From contig OX597818.1 of the NCBI GenBank assembly GCA_951406725.2, positions 90,644,001 to 90,708,000 of the forward strand: DNA of 64,000 nucleotides, read 5' to 3'. Shown piece by piece: positions 25,571 to 38,962 of the stretch. The stretch is from Octopus vulgaris. Taxonomy: Eukaryota. The stretch's first letter is position 1; each line of letters opens with the position of its first letter. The notes beneath the pieces are model-generated. The model had not been told where the DNA came from. It made no database searches and saw only the letters and a program-made list of their open reading frames with translations. Made by a program: the position numbers and the translations under genes.

Positions 25571-26562
25571 AAAATTAAAACCTTTCTGGGCAATTTAAAA
25601 TCCCTTTATGCCATCATAACAAGGGAAGATTTTCCATGCAAATTCTCGCTAACTATTATTTCATTCATCTTTCCTTTGTACTTATTGCATCAGAAAATAA
25701 TTCCCTCTCAATCTATGTATATTTAAACAAGTGCTTAGTAATATTACCCATGTCAGCTGAAGTCATATCTAGATTTACTTCCATAAACCTATCAGTAAGA
25801 TCAATATTTTCTTGAATAACACTACTTTTATCCCTTTTGATAATAATCTTAAAACTGGGAATAAGCTCATTGGTTACTTAGCCATGAAAAAGACAGAATC
25901 ATGCGCAACAAACCTTATTCCCCTGATTAGTTTTTGAGCTGTATGAACAGGCGTATATTTAGAGCTAACTTAGTTGGAACGGGTCTGAGAGATAGAGAAT
26001 TATATGTTTTAAATAAGATGATACGACAATGTTGAAAGTGTGATATGAAACATCAACCGCTCTGATAAGAGAGTGACATATTAAAACACTAATTTCTTTT
26101 ATTTTCCCATATAATGGCAGTGCTACAGCATAACCACCCTCTCTGACAGAAACAAGTAAAATGCCTCATAAAATAGTAAGGAACTGTAAGAGTTTTACAA
26201 ACACTGGTTGTTTTCCGGCTGTTAAAAATTTCAGCATTCGTAGAGAGATAAACATTCTTTTACAGAACACATTTTTAACTTAGCTATCTTTTCCAGAAGA
26301 CATGGTATATATTTCAGTTGGGAGTGCTGAGAAAATAAGATTATAGTTAATTCTTTAATATTAGAGGAAATTTATTTGCAAGATATTTCAGGTATATATA
26401 GGGTTTTAATTTGAGAACAAGATCAGCAGTTTTAAAGAAAAGGGGTTAGACGATACATCGACTTCAGTACCTGACTAGTGCTGTATATTATCGACCTCGA
26501 AATGGCAAAAGTAAGGTCGATCTCGGTGGGATTTGATCTGAGAAATGTAATATATATCTATA

Positions 26563-26614
<52 letters not shown>

Positions 26615-26730
26615 TGAGAAAGTTGGTGTGTGAAAGCACGTGGTTGAATAACATTCTTCTGACATAATGACTCAAATATATTTTTTAACCTTTTAAAACA
26701 AGCCTTCTGTAGTTTTTTCACTTTTTACTA

Positions 26731-26816
<86 letters not shown>

Positions 26817-27527
26817 TATGTCCCATATAAATATTACGATGGGATTTTTCCTCTAAAAAATAAATAATTTTATTTTAATTTTAGCATTATTTGCTTAGTA
26901 TGGAAATGAGTAATTATCAAAAGGATACTTATGAAGTCCAAGTGATTAATTTTTGTGGGGGGGGGGTATAACTGGTTAATTCAGCTTTGATTTAATTTCT
27001 ACGGTAATAATGTTATGATGATATTATTTTTTAGAAAGTCTCTTTCTTATATAAACTACGTAATTTTTAATTATTAATCTTTGATTTTTAGTAATGATTA
27101 TCATAAATAATTAATGTAATGTACTTCATAATGTTATTTGCTATTTCACAAGAGATGATATCGTATTTTAAATATATTGTTTGCTATTTACCCAGAAATA
27201 AATAGCGTATTGTTATAATAACATATATTTTTTAATAATATGAAAGAATGAAAGGGATATCTCTTATTTCGCCATGCATTTAAAAGAAAAATGTTTTTAA
27301 AAATATTTTTATTATAATTTCGTTCCTGGTATTTAAAAAAAATAACGAATGCGCTAAGATATATTTAGATTAAAATACTTAATAGTATGCAAATATATTT
27401 TATGAGTGTTATATTATTATATTTTTCATCCCTGTTTTTTGTTTTTAATTATTGACGCTCACGCTTCAAAAACAAGTAGATTTACAATCAGTCTTTTCTT
27501 GGATCTGTGAATCCTACTTTAATAAAA

Positions 27528-27613
27528 GATTACACTGAGGAGATTCTTGCCCACAAAGAATGGATTTTTTATAATTTTGTTGTGGGTTAGAATCGAAACA
27601 ATTATATGCAATT
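27528..27613 (+). ncRNA. Type I hammerhead ribozyme motif, near-intact
   Basis: gattaca-CTGAGGA-gattct.t.gcccacaa...ttgtgggt.t.agaatc-GAAAC-aatt-ATA-tgcaatt; core intact, 14-bp stem II, one stem III and one stem I mismatch. Confidence 0.6.
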
Positions 27614-27717
27614 TGTATTTAATATCTATTATTCATTGTATTATGTTATATTATTATAAGAAAATAATATAATATAGTATTTTGTTAATAAATTTTAATT
27701 TTTGACTTAGCAATTGT

Positions 27718-27750
<33 letters not shown>

Positions 27751-27752
27751 AT

Positions 27753-27791
<39 letters not shown>

Positions 27792-28319
27792 TATATATAT
27801 ATCTATTTTCTATTCATTTTTATAAATTTAATATATACCTATGTAATTTGTAAGGTTTTGTTTGTAAAGTTGGAAAAATCTTACAAATCACATAGGTATA
27901 TATTAGATTTATAAAAATTTTTATAAAATGTATATATATATATATATATATATAACAATATCCAAGTCAAAAATTACTGGTTAAAACAGTGGTGCCAGAA
28001 TCTTCAGAAACCATAATCAACACTTTAGTAGAAGTCCCCACAAACCAGTCTAAGGCTTCTGGAAGCTCTTTTTAGGCAAAAATATAATCTCATATATGTT
28101 TAATCAAAAAGGTTAGCTCTTTAAGGGAATCTGGCTGCGGTTTCTTGCTTATCAAGTGATATCACGCCTACTCTTCAAATATTATCGGTGATATCATACT
28201 ACCAGTACAGCCTCCCAGTTAAAAGCTAACATAAAAACATCGGAAGAATCCAAGGTATTTTATCCCATTTACATTTTATAAAGGGTACCGAATGATTAAA
28301 TTCAATTTCTTTCTTGCAG

Positions 28320-28466
28320 GGTGGCGTCATGTCATCTTCCAGGATGAATCAAGGTATGTTTTCAGGAATGCAATCCTCCATGTCATCAATGTCATCGATG
28401 TCATCAGGAATGGACTCATCCATGTCATCAGGATTTGGAAACTACTCCTTCAACGAAGACAGCATG
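28320..28466 (+). CDS. S-crystallin exon 5 (Met/Ser-rich loop, part 2)
   Basis: Acceptor tttctttcttgcag; GGVMSSSRMNQGMFSGMQSSMSSMSSMSSGMDSSMSSGFGNYSFNEDSM; donor GTACGT; 147 nt, phase 0-0. Confidence 0.87.
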
Positions 28467-28514
28467 GTACGTTATATTTCTTTGTTTAACCGTTCATAAA
28501 TGTTTACATCGCAA

Positions 28515-28840
28515 GGCTCACTGGTTAGAGCGCCGGGCTCACAATCATGAAGGAGTGAGTTCGATTCCCGGACCGGGCAGTGTGTTGTGTTCTTCAGCAA
28601 GAAACTTTATTTCACGTTGCTCCAGTTCACTCATTTGTAGAAATGAACTGTGACGTCACTGGTGCCACGCTATATTGGCCTTTGCCTTTCCACTGGATAA
28701 CATCAGTGGCATGGGGAGGGGAAGCTGATATGTATGGGTGACTGCTGGCCTTCCACAAAAAAACATTGCCTGGATTTGTGCCTTGGAGAGTAACTTTCTA
28801 GGTGCAACCCCATGGTCACCCATGACCGAAAGGGCTCTTT
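28515..28840 (+). mobile_element. tRNA-derived SINE
   Basis: ggctcactggttagagc (A box), gagttcgattccc (B box), ttgtgttcttcagcaagaaactttatttcacgttgctccag core. Confidence 0.8.
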
Positions 28841-29239
28841 ACACAAGTAAAGTCAAGAAAAAAGAGCAATGTGAACTTGCCATGAGAAGTGAAACATTTA
28901 GCGTTATGGCAGCGTCCTTCTTCCGGGAAAAGTCGACACAAATAAAATAAAATTTGAGTCCTGTCAAGCTTTCCTTGAAAAAGGACTTTCTCAGAAACGT
29001 TGGATTTTCCATTCCTCACGGCAAGTTCACTGTAGTCTTATCCTGGATTTTTCTAAATAATTCAAGCCTTGTCGACGCAAACCGGCACCGATCTCTTTGG
29101 AGTTTGTTATATGGTTTATACTAATACAGGTACAGGCCTGCCTACAACCATACATACACACATACATACATACATATACATGCACATGGACATGCATACA
29201 CATATATACTAGTACGCGAGCATATACATACAATCACAG

Positions 29240-29270
<31 letters not shown>

Positions 29271-30076
29271 AACACACGCATACGAACGCGCACAAAATTA
29301 CATAGACACATACACACAAAGGTACACACACATGCAAACACACTCACGCACACACACACAACGCACATATTTACACCGAGTTTCCGCACAGTTTTATTCA
29401 ACCAAATTCATTTACAAAGCATAGATTAGGCCCATAGTCTTGCCTAACGTGCCATATGGTGGAAGTGAACGAGAAATTTCTTGGTTGCAAAGTGAGGTTC
29501 TTAACCACACAGCTTCACCAGTGCGTAAAACAAAAAACAAAACCGTATTCAAAATGTTTAGTCGGTGAGTGGGATTTTTAAAAACTAAACTGACGAGGTC
29601 ATCAATTATTCAGAAACACGTGTCCAGAGTTATTATCTGCTACAATCAAAGATTACTTTGTTCCCCACTAGCATGTAAATTAATTCGCACATTTATTCGT
29701 AAGTTCTTCAATTTATCTCCCCTTGTCCTTCAGAAAAGCTAACGTTTGCTGTTAGCTTTTGTTTTGTACCACTGACTCAGAGGTAGATTTCAATAAACAA
29801 TGTCGTGTATAGGTTTCGTTGCAACCCACTAATACGCATGAGCACGCAAAACTCTCCTATACATGCGAAAGCCGCACACACACATATGCATATACACACA
29901 CATGTACACACGCGCATAAACACACATATAACAGCATTGTCTATTTGCATAGTCATTTATTTACTTATTTCCTTTGATACATTCGTTTCGTTTAGCTTTT
30001 ATGGAAGAGGAACAATGGAGAGGCGATCAACTCCAATAAACGTGCACATACGCCTACATATATACGTGTGCTTGCA

Positions 30077-30133
<57 letters not shown>

Positions 30134-30388
30134 ATGTGTGTGTGTAAATTGTATATATATATTGTATATAGTTATAAAGTATAAATATATCTACATATAT
30201 AAATTACATATATATAAATATATATATTTATATATATGTATATACATATATATATATATATATAAATTATAGATATATTTATATATAAATTATATATATA
30301 TAGATTATATATATGTATATATATTTTTTGTGCATATATACACACATACATATATGTATATATATAAGTATATCTATCTATCTATCTG

Positions 30389-30474
<86 letters not shown>

Positions 30475-31479
30475 CATCTATCTATCTATCTATCTATCCA
30501 TCTATCTTTCTATCTATCTATCTGTGTGTGTGTGTGTATTTGTCTTTTTATTTAATCCTGAAAATATTTTTTTCTTTAATCTTAAAGCTATTATTTATGT
30601 AACGCACGCACTCTTTACTTTTTTACCTACAGACACACACACACGCACACATACACATATATATATATATATATACATACACACCCATACACATACTCTA
30701 ACACACACTAAAACACACAGAGAATAACACACATACGTATATAGTTCGTCATTTTATTCAGTCTATGAAGAAAGAGTTAAATTTTCCCCGTTTGCATGTC
30801 CCCTACGTCGGCTACATATATCTTACCGTGAACTGTGAAAACTGATGCCTTCGTTGACAGGCCGATGGTAATAAATTGACTGTGAAATAATAGTTATAGT
30901 ATCCAGATTCTGGAAAGCAGGAATATGCAAATCAGGAACTGGAAGAGTCTGAGTGAGGGGCAATTCTGGATTCGTCAGTTGTGTAGTTACTGGGATATTC
31001 AAAGGAATAAAGCTTTTAAATATTTAACAGGTGATGGAAACACAGTAGTTTTGCAATCATTGCAGAAAAATGATAGTAACAAGATCAGATGGATGTCGAA
31101 CTTAGTGTTATAAATGTCATTTTACTGAGATATTGATTACGAACTGAATTGTAGAAAAGTTATGAAACAATCATATAAAAAAAAAAAACGTTATGAAAAT
31201 AACGTGAAGTATAGGCTTCCCCGTAACGTAGCGGTTTCGCAAAAGGAGATCGACGGAATATGTAGTGAACCTTCAAAAAAATAAGTACTGGGTCCATTTA
31301 TTCGACTGAACCCTTCACGTTGGCACCCCAGCATGCACGCAGTTCAATGACTCAAACAAGCAATGATAAAAGATAAAAGATAAAAGATATATACAAACTA
31401 CTGCGATATAAGAGAGCCGTTTGGTCATGATGCTAGAATGTTTATAATTCCTTTTTTAATCAGGAGAGAGATATTCTAT

Positions 31480-32100
31480 GAAGAGCTGTTGGCCAGTTTG
31501 TAATACTATAGATGGTTTACAATAAATGTAATATTCTTATGATTATTCAAATAAGCTCTTCTCGTTAAACATCCGACAAAAGCAAATCTAATTGTTCAAT
31601 GGATTGATAATTCTTTATAAAAAGTGTATTCCTCGAACAGAGAAATATTAATGAAACATAAAATTTCAGACACGAGTTGCTTGCTTTGCAAATTAAGTTA
31701 CACGGTGCTTTGTTATTTTCTAACCACTCTGAATTTTTTTCTTGTTATGGCTGCTACAAAAACGTATGATTGGTATTCAATTTTCGTAAAAGTTTTTTGT
31801 ACCAAAATAAGAATCAAACTCAGACACAATAGAAATCAACAAAATTTTGTAACACTTTCAATTGGGGAACGTACAAATCGTACATGAATGTAAATATGAG
31901 AAATAAATCGTTTATAAAGTTGGCTTGAAAAATGTTTTGTCAACGAATGGAAATCAATGGAAATTTCCTCATCTTTGAATCGTTTAACATGTTTTTGTTA
32001 GATTGCTTTCAAGTAGAACTTATAATAATTATAACAAATATAAAATGCTGAATTAGTAAACAAATAGCAGTAGAACATATATAATACTTCTAACAACATT
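31480..32100 (-). mobile_element. Highly decayed Penelope-like element, GIY-YIG region
   Basis: Broken minus translation with C-x-x-C-x-x-P-x-x-KC, YFG, HNKKKFR...ST and EEYTFYKELSI, in the order expected for a PLE endonuclease; many stops. Confidence 0.4.
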
Positions 32101-32663
32101 CCGAGTATTCGCAGGCACACGCTTCATAAATTCATAATTCACCACCAATATACAACCAACATATAATTAAAAAGATAATCTTGTTTAACCCTCATGTTAA
32201 CAAAAAAATTCCGAACCTCTTAAGAAGAATATTTTCTCTAATGTTTGTGAAACATTCCGCTCTATCACTAGTCTTGTTATGTTGTCAAACATGAAACTGT
32301 ATCTAATTTTGTATAGTCATTGTCTCATATGAATAGGTCCAAATTCTACGATTCTTCTACTATTCAATATCTACCATCTTGTGAATTTTTCCACCTGGAT
32401 AAATGTTCATTATAACGTTGATATATGGTTAAAACTATTATTCACCGAGATATTAAAAATTGACTTTGTATATAAATCGTATAACGAAATTCTTTCAAAA
32501 TTCGATACTCCGCATATTTGTTTATTATAAAACTAACTTTGATACCAAGATGCAATTTTGTCAAATTGAATATGTAGTTTCAAAAACAAGAATTTAATCT
32601 TCAAAATCAAGTGAAAACTAATTTGTATTGCCTACCATTAAATATAGTCTAACGGCAACAAAT

Positions 32664-32925
32664 GTGGAGGCGCGTGGCTTACTGGTTAGGGTGTCAACAT
32701 CAAGATCGTAAGATTGTGGTTTCGATTCCTGGACCGGGCGACGCGTTGTGTTCTTGAGCAAAACACTTCATTTCACGCTGCTCCAGTCCACTCAGCTGGC
32801 AAAAATGAGTAACGCTGTGATGGACTGGCGTCCCGTCCAGCTGGGGAACAATACACCATAGAAACCGGGAAACCAGGCCCATAAGCCTGGCTAGGCTTTA
32901 AAAGGGCTCATTTATTTATTTTTTA
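32664..32925 (+). mobile_element. Full-length tRNA-derived SINE
   Basis: ggaggcgcgtggcttactggttagg, gtttcgattcc, gatggactggcgtcccgtccag, (ATTT)n tail; reverse copy at ~45690-45875. Confidence 0.85.
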
Positions 32926-33771
32926 ACGTCAACAAAGGAGGCAAGTTGTCAGAATCATTTACGCAACGGACAAAATGATTAGAGGCATTTCTTCCTCCTT
33001 TACGTTTAGAGTTCAAATTCCACCGAATAAGCATTTGCCTGTCTTCCTTTAGAGGTCAGTACCAATTGAGTATCGGGGTCTATGTAATCGCCTCCCTTCT
33101 CCCATAAAGCTTACTGACATCGTTCCAAAATTTTAAACTATATTCTAGCAGCGACCAATAATATATATTAGTTACCTGCACACTACCAACATGATGTAGA
33201 AACTTAAACTAAATTTTTAGTCAATCGAGATCATGCACTCCCTATGAAAATATATCTCATTAGAGTTAATGAAAATGCTTTCAAAATCTCCCGTCCTTAA
33301 TACTTATTCAGAATCGGTTTCTGTGTGTTCATAAATATTTTAAACAGTTTTAAAAATCATTTGTTAGATAACACTGCGTAAAAGGACCAATAAATGTGGA
33401 TTCCCTTTATGTGTCAGACACATTTTTTAATATAATGAAACTATGAAAGGATGGTCTCTTACTATACTTCTTTAATAATTCATTCTTCAGTTTTGTTATA
33501 ATTATGGCATAATGATGTTGTAATATATTAGAGAAAAAAGTACTAAATTGTTTAATGAATTGACAATTCTATATAAAGAGTGTACTCCTTAAACAGCAAG
33601 CTATAATGGAAGTATAAGATTTCAATACGATTTCTTTGCTTTGCAAATCAAATTTATACGAAACGTTATTCTATTGTATTTTTTTTATTTCATTCATTAT
33701 CATTACTACAAAAACTAATTATAATTTTTACAAACCATCTAAATAATAAACAGGACATAGTTCTAGAGAGT

Positions 33772-34214
33772 AATTTCCCCTTGATGCTAACCTATAGATG
33801 CGAGACCTGGACACTAAAGAAAGCTGACCAGAAGAGAATTAATGCATTCGAGCTTTGGTGTTGGAGAAGACTTTTACGGATTCCATGGACAGCAAGGCTC
33901 ACCAATAGAGAAGTTCTTAACCAGATCAATCCGAAACTGTCGCTAGAAGCTAGGATCACCAAGCATAGATTGGCATATTTTGGTCATATTATGCGGGGAA
34001 AATCCCTAGAGAAGGACATTATGCTCGGATTGGTCAATGGCAAGAGAGGAAGAGGCCGACCATGAACCCGCTGCCTTGACACCATCAAAAGTGACACGGG
34101 AATGGCCATAGCCAATCTGAAAGAAGCAACCCAGGATAGAACTGGCTGGAGAACACTGATCCATCGAGTAACCGAGAGTCGACTTTGACTGAGCGGATAG
34201 ATAGATAGATAGAT
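33772..34214 (+). mobile_element. RTE/BovB-type LINE 3' end
   Basis: YRCETWTLKKADQKRINAFELWCWRRLLRIPWTAR...YFGHIMR...GKRGRGRP*...QDRTGWR; (GATA)n tail. Confidence 0.92.
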
Positions 34215-34789
34215 AATTGTGGAATGGTTCAAGAAAACAATTTTTGAGAAAGAAATAATGCGCAAGTCATTTGTATAACTGCATTGTTTATAAAAGGAAT
34301 CATACTTTTTTAAAATGCTTACTTTCTCTTTTGTGTATATTCAGAAAGGGTTTGATGTTATCATACTGAAACAGTATCTTAAAAAGGCATGAATTTTTTT
34401 TATTATCTAGTTGAGTAATATGAAATGCAGAGTATACTCTGGTGAAATTAAAACCTAGCAGGAGATTCAATCAGATGCATTACTACACTTTTGATTATCA
34501 ACCAATCCATTGATTCGAATGCAAAACGTAAATACGCAGAAAGGCTGACCACACCTGTAAACAAGAATTTCTAACGACGTCTTTGTAGCGTATACTGGAA
34601 AATACAATATTTCTCAATATTTCAGCGCTGATACTTTTCTGAGATAATATGCATGATAAGGGAAGTATTTTTATTTGGAAACCGAAGATTTAAATTTTAA
34701 AAATACTGCAAACCATTTGCAAAGCTTATAATCGAGAATGATGAAATACAGAGCTTACAAAATGTAACTTTCAAATACCACAAAACTGT

Positions 34790-34955
34790 TATTTACATTA
34801 TTTACATTCGACGTATATTTGTCCTCATCTTGTTTGTTGTTAACACAACGTATCGGCTGATATACCCTCCAGCCTTCTTCAAACAAACAGGATGAGGACG
34901 AATGTAAATAATGTAAATAATGTACATAATTCCTCATCTCTTAAATATAGAACTG
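34790..34955. mobile_element. 166-bp fold-back insertion with 14-bp flanking direct repeat
   Basis: TACCACAAAACTGT at 34776-34789 and 34956-34969; internal inverted arms 34789-34838 / 34882-34920. Confidence 0.75.
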
Positions 34956-36360
34956 TACCACAAAACTGTGTTCGTACCACAGTTGCGTTACAAATCCGAA
35001 AATGCACCATTGTACACAGCAAATCTGAGAATATACTAATGTGCCATGACAAAAGTAATGCAACAACTGCAGAGTAACAGTCATCACTGTAACATTATGT
35101 TACTGAGAGGATACTCTACTTTAACTACAAAATTAAGAATACACCAGAAAAGGGAAACATGTAGAATGTAATACTTTATTCTGTCAGTAAAAGGAATCAA
35201 ATTCCATCAAATTCCATTTTGCTGTCGTAGAAATAACAGGTTCTTCGGATGAAGTCATCTTAGATATGCAAGAAAACGTGCTGGTCGTACCAGTAACGCT
35301 TTCGACCGTAGATCAGCTCAATTAGAGTTGAGTAGATGGTGAACAAGAACGAATAACGGGTCAATTCAGAATTTTTGACTCTGTTGCATTAATATGGCAA
35401 TGTATTCATATCCAGCTAACAATCCGAGAACTTACCATTTACCCGTTTACTAAACGCTCAAAGCACAATCAAAAGGGAACTAAGATCCTACAACTAAAGA
35501 CAGTAACGCAGTAACATCAATTTAAATCTTGAAGATATGTTGGAGTAAACCCCTCTCTTTATTCGGACCTCAAATTACAGTGTCCTTAGTTGTGATAGGA
35601 TAGAAGAAAAAAGCAAGACAGAGTATCTAATACTAAGAATTCGAAACTGTTTATTTGTAATTGATAAGTTCCAGACAAGTCGAAACGGTGACATTGTTTT
35701 AGTATTCAGTTGAAGATTAGGTCCAATTTAAATTCGGAATTTAAAGGGGAAACAATAGAATTTACCTGATCTTTTGGGGATCTGGTATGTTATTCTTTCT
35801 TTTGTACAACGTTCTGATAGATAGGGGAGAAGTGACTCTTTTCTCAGGAACAAAATGTTGCCACACTTTTGTTTATTGAACAAAATGTTGCAGCACTTTC
35901 ATTCATTCAGCAAAATGTCTAACATCGAGATTTTCTTGTGTTCGAAAGCATGACTATATATGATGGAACTCGGTTAATATTTCTCACACTTTATTTTGAC
36001 CAGTTACGTGTATGTGTTGTTGCATTGTACGTTATGCTGCTTTTTTGTGGAAATGAAAAATAACTTTTTCATTTTCTATGTTCTGTGATATATGTCTTAC
36101 TATTTTTTCTGTTTGATGGTTGTTTTGCATTATTCAGCATAATTTCTTTTGGGAACGTACCTTGTATAACATGAAGCTATTTTTGACTAGGTGCTGGTAA
36201 AATAATCGATGTAGTTAAAAAAAACATTGTTGTCAAGATGCGGTTCCAATTATTCTAAATGAAAATTAATCAGTTTAGTTACATTTGAAAAACGGATAAA
36301 TTTCTCGGTGAAATTTGTTAGTTTGAAAGAAAATATTAATAGCAACAAATAATAATAATG

Positions 36361-36468
<108 letters not shown>

Positions 36469-36483
36469 GTAATAATAATAATA

Positions 36484-37021
36484 AATGCTCTGATGCAGTA
36501 CAGGGCACTGGCTATCATAGTCTCTGATCTTAACTTGTTCGAAGTGTTATTATGTACATTGTTTTGTCTTGGTATAAAAGATTGGCTACAGCAAATATTC
36601 TGCTCAATACCACAGATTTGCTTGTCAGTTGTTTGACATTTAACTAGTTAAGTATGTCCCTTAGTGGCTGACGATATGTGCATCTCTGACCATGAGTAGA
36701 AGTAGTGGGGAGCATCATAGCCATGTGTTGAAAGGAATTTGCCTTTGGAAACATGGGTGTTTCGTTCAACATCCTTAAACAACCCTTATTCAAGAACCTT
36801 TTGAGCGGGTTGGGCTACTTGACCTGAAGGAAATTCTTACTGGGCACCACCTGCAAGGTCATGTGCTGTTTATCTCGAAATGAGATCACCATGTCGCGTA
36901 CATATGGTCGTGACGCATGTGCTAGGTGCACTCTTATCAGCCAGGTAATCATGATGAGTGTACTGGGTTTCGTATATTTTACCCCAGTCTCGCTTAGTTG
37001 GCATGTACTGCTCTCCCACTC
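36484..37021 (+). mobile_element. ~550-bp (TAA)n-embedded element
   Basis: Reverse complement of 12422-12970; flanked by long (AAT)n on both sides. Confidence 0.85.
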
Positions 37022-37103
<82 letters not shown>

Positions 37104-37286
37104 GTAATAATAATAATAACCTTTTCTGTGAGGTCATGCGCTGTTCATCTTGATATGAGGTCACCATGTTGCGCACATATGACTGTGATGCATGTGTCTG
37201 GTACAACCTAATCAGATGGGTCGTAGTGATATGTATACTGGGCGTACATGCTATCTCACTCAATAATAATAATGATGATGATGATG

Positions 37287-37347
<61 letters not shown>

Positions 37348-37426
37348 ATACTTTAGTAAGAAATTTAATTTTGACAATGTTTTGATTATTATTTTCAAAA
37401 TCTTTTGCATATTTTGTTATTTCCAG

Positions 37427-37534
37427 TGTGAACGTAGGCAGCGATTTAGAAATACATGCCAGAGAATCCTCCCTTTCATGGAAAAAACTTTGGAAATGCG
37501 TCAAAGTGGAAACCGCTTCTTTATGGGTGACTAC
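37427..37534 (+). CDS. S-crystallin exon 6
   Basis: Acceptor ttttgttatttccag; [36 protein letters not shown]; donor GTGAGT; 108 nt, phase 0-0. Confidence 0.96.
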
Positions 37535-37749
37535 GTGAGTAATACTTTCGTTTGATTTTCAAGTCTTCCGTCAGTAAAATTTTCTACGAGATAGTGGGCT
37601 CTTCAAAGTAAGTACAAAAATGAAGAAAAAATATGCAATAATGATACATAAAGAATCTTTGCGTAGGATTACTCATGAGAATTAATCTAGGATTGAACTA
37701 GGAATAATATTTATGTTTTGAAATAATTGCTGTGGATCACCAACTTCTC

Positions 37750-38085
37750 TTCTGAAAATGGAATCCTGGAGCTGACATATAATTATTAGCAACTCCAGTT
37801 CAAGCATCCAATTCAGACGCCTGCTTTCTATCGCTCGTGAAAACGTCCTTGAATGCGTAAACCCAGAATAGGATCCCTCTAAAGGATCTCTGGAGAAACG
37901 TTATTCGACAGGGTGCATATATCGGAGATCAGGGAGTCTCTCTTAGTCGAGCATCTGCTTGTTCGCACTGAGCGCTCACAGTCCCAGTACTATGGATATG
38001 TGATTAGAATGTCACAGGAATATATCTCACGAAGGACGTAAGAATGCACGTCCAGCTAATGTTTGGAAGGATGAGAACGAAGAGG
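37750..38085 (+). mobile_element. Decayed RTE LINE fragment
   Basis: EIRESLLVEHLLVRTERSQSQYYGYVIRM resembles the RTE C-terminal IERxQLRWxGHVxRM. Confidence 0.65.
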
Positions 38086-38920
38086 CAGAGTTTGTAGTGC
38101 CATAGAAATTGCTGCAAGAGGCGAGCCAACACTTGATTATTCATGAGTGTTAATATAGTGAGAAGAGTTTTATAACATTCGTAAGTATTGTTAATTGCCA
38201 TCAGTCGGTCTTTGCACCATTGACTTCATTTTTTAACGGAGCCCAATGACCGCTGAATGTCACAAACCTCAAGAATCTGCATCTAAAACGAAAAACATTT
38301 CCTCTATTTTGAATACATGCATACATACATACATATGAATACACACAACCACACACACAGACACACACACATATGTATGTCTGGCATTTTTACAGTGACA
38401 TTTATAGCGCCGTAAATGGCTGTGACTTTACATAACTCTCAAAGTTTCCAAGCTTCAGAGGTCATTGGTCTCCGTTGAAAATCGTAGCCACCTACACAAA
38501 CATCTAATACTGATATATATAAACAAGTGTTACGAATGTAATATAATATTCATCAGTATTCACAATAACAATATACGTATACATGTATTATGTAAACATG
38601 TTTATCCATTTCTTGAAACGTTATAAAATACTTAAGAGAAAAAAATACTTTAACTAGGACAAAATCATTTCTATCGAAATGGTAACACTATTTTTATAAT
38701 TCTATTATGACTACTATATTCTTTTCTATTACTTTTACTATAGTTCTGTAACTATGGTGGAATTTATTGTTGTCATTTCTTTGCTCACCACATTACGATC
38801 CAATCACATCGATAATGTATTAATCATCATCCACAATACACATCCTCAATATTATTTTGCTTCATTTGCCTCAATCGTCGTTGTTGCCATTGTCATCATT
38901 ACGTAATCATAATCACCTAC

Positions 38921-38962
<42 letters not shown>

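Noticed and set aside
28350-28360. Internal donor-like AAG|GTATGT in exon 5
   Set aside because: Use would be phase 1 and would frameshift exon 6; the reading frame continues to a phase-0 donor at 28467.
28320-28466. Possible reflectin-like peptide
   Set aside because: Met-rich but lacks the M/FD(X)5MD(X)5MD reflectin motif and the Tyr/Arg richness; it fits as the crystallin loop.
32664-32740. tRNA-like A/B boxes here and at other SINE heads
   Set aside because: They are followed by SINE bodies and tails with no complete cloverleaf, so not tRNA genes.
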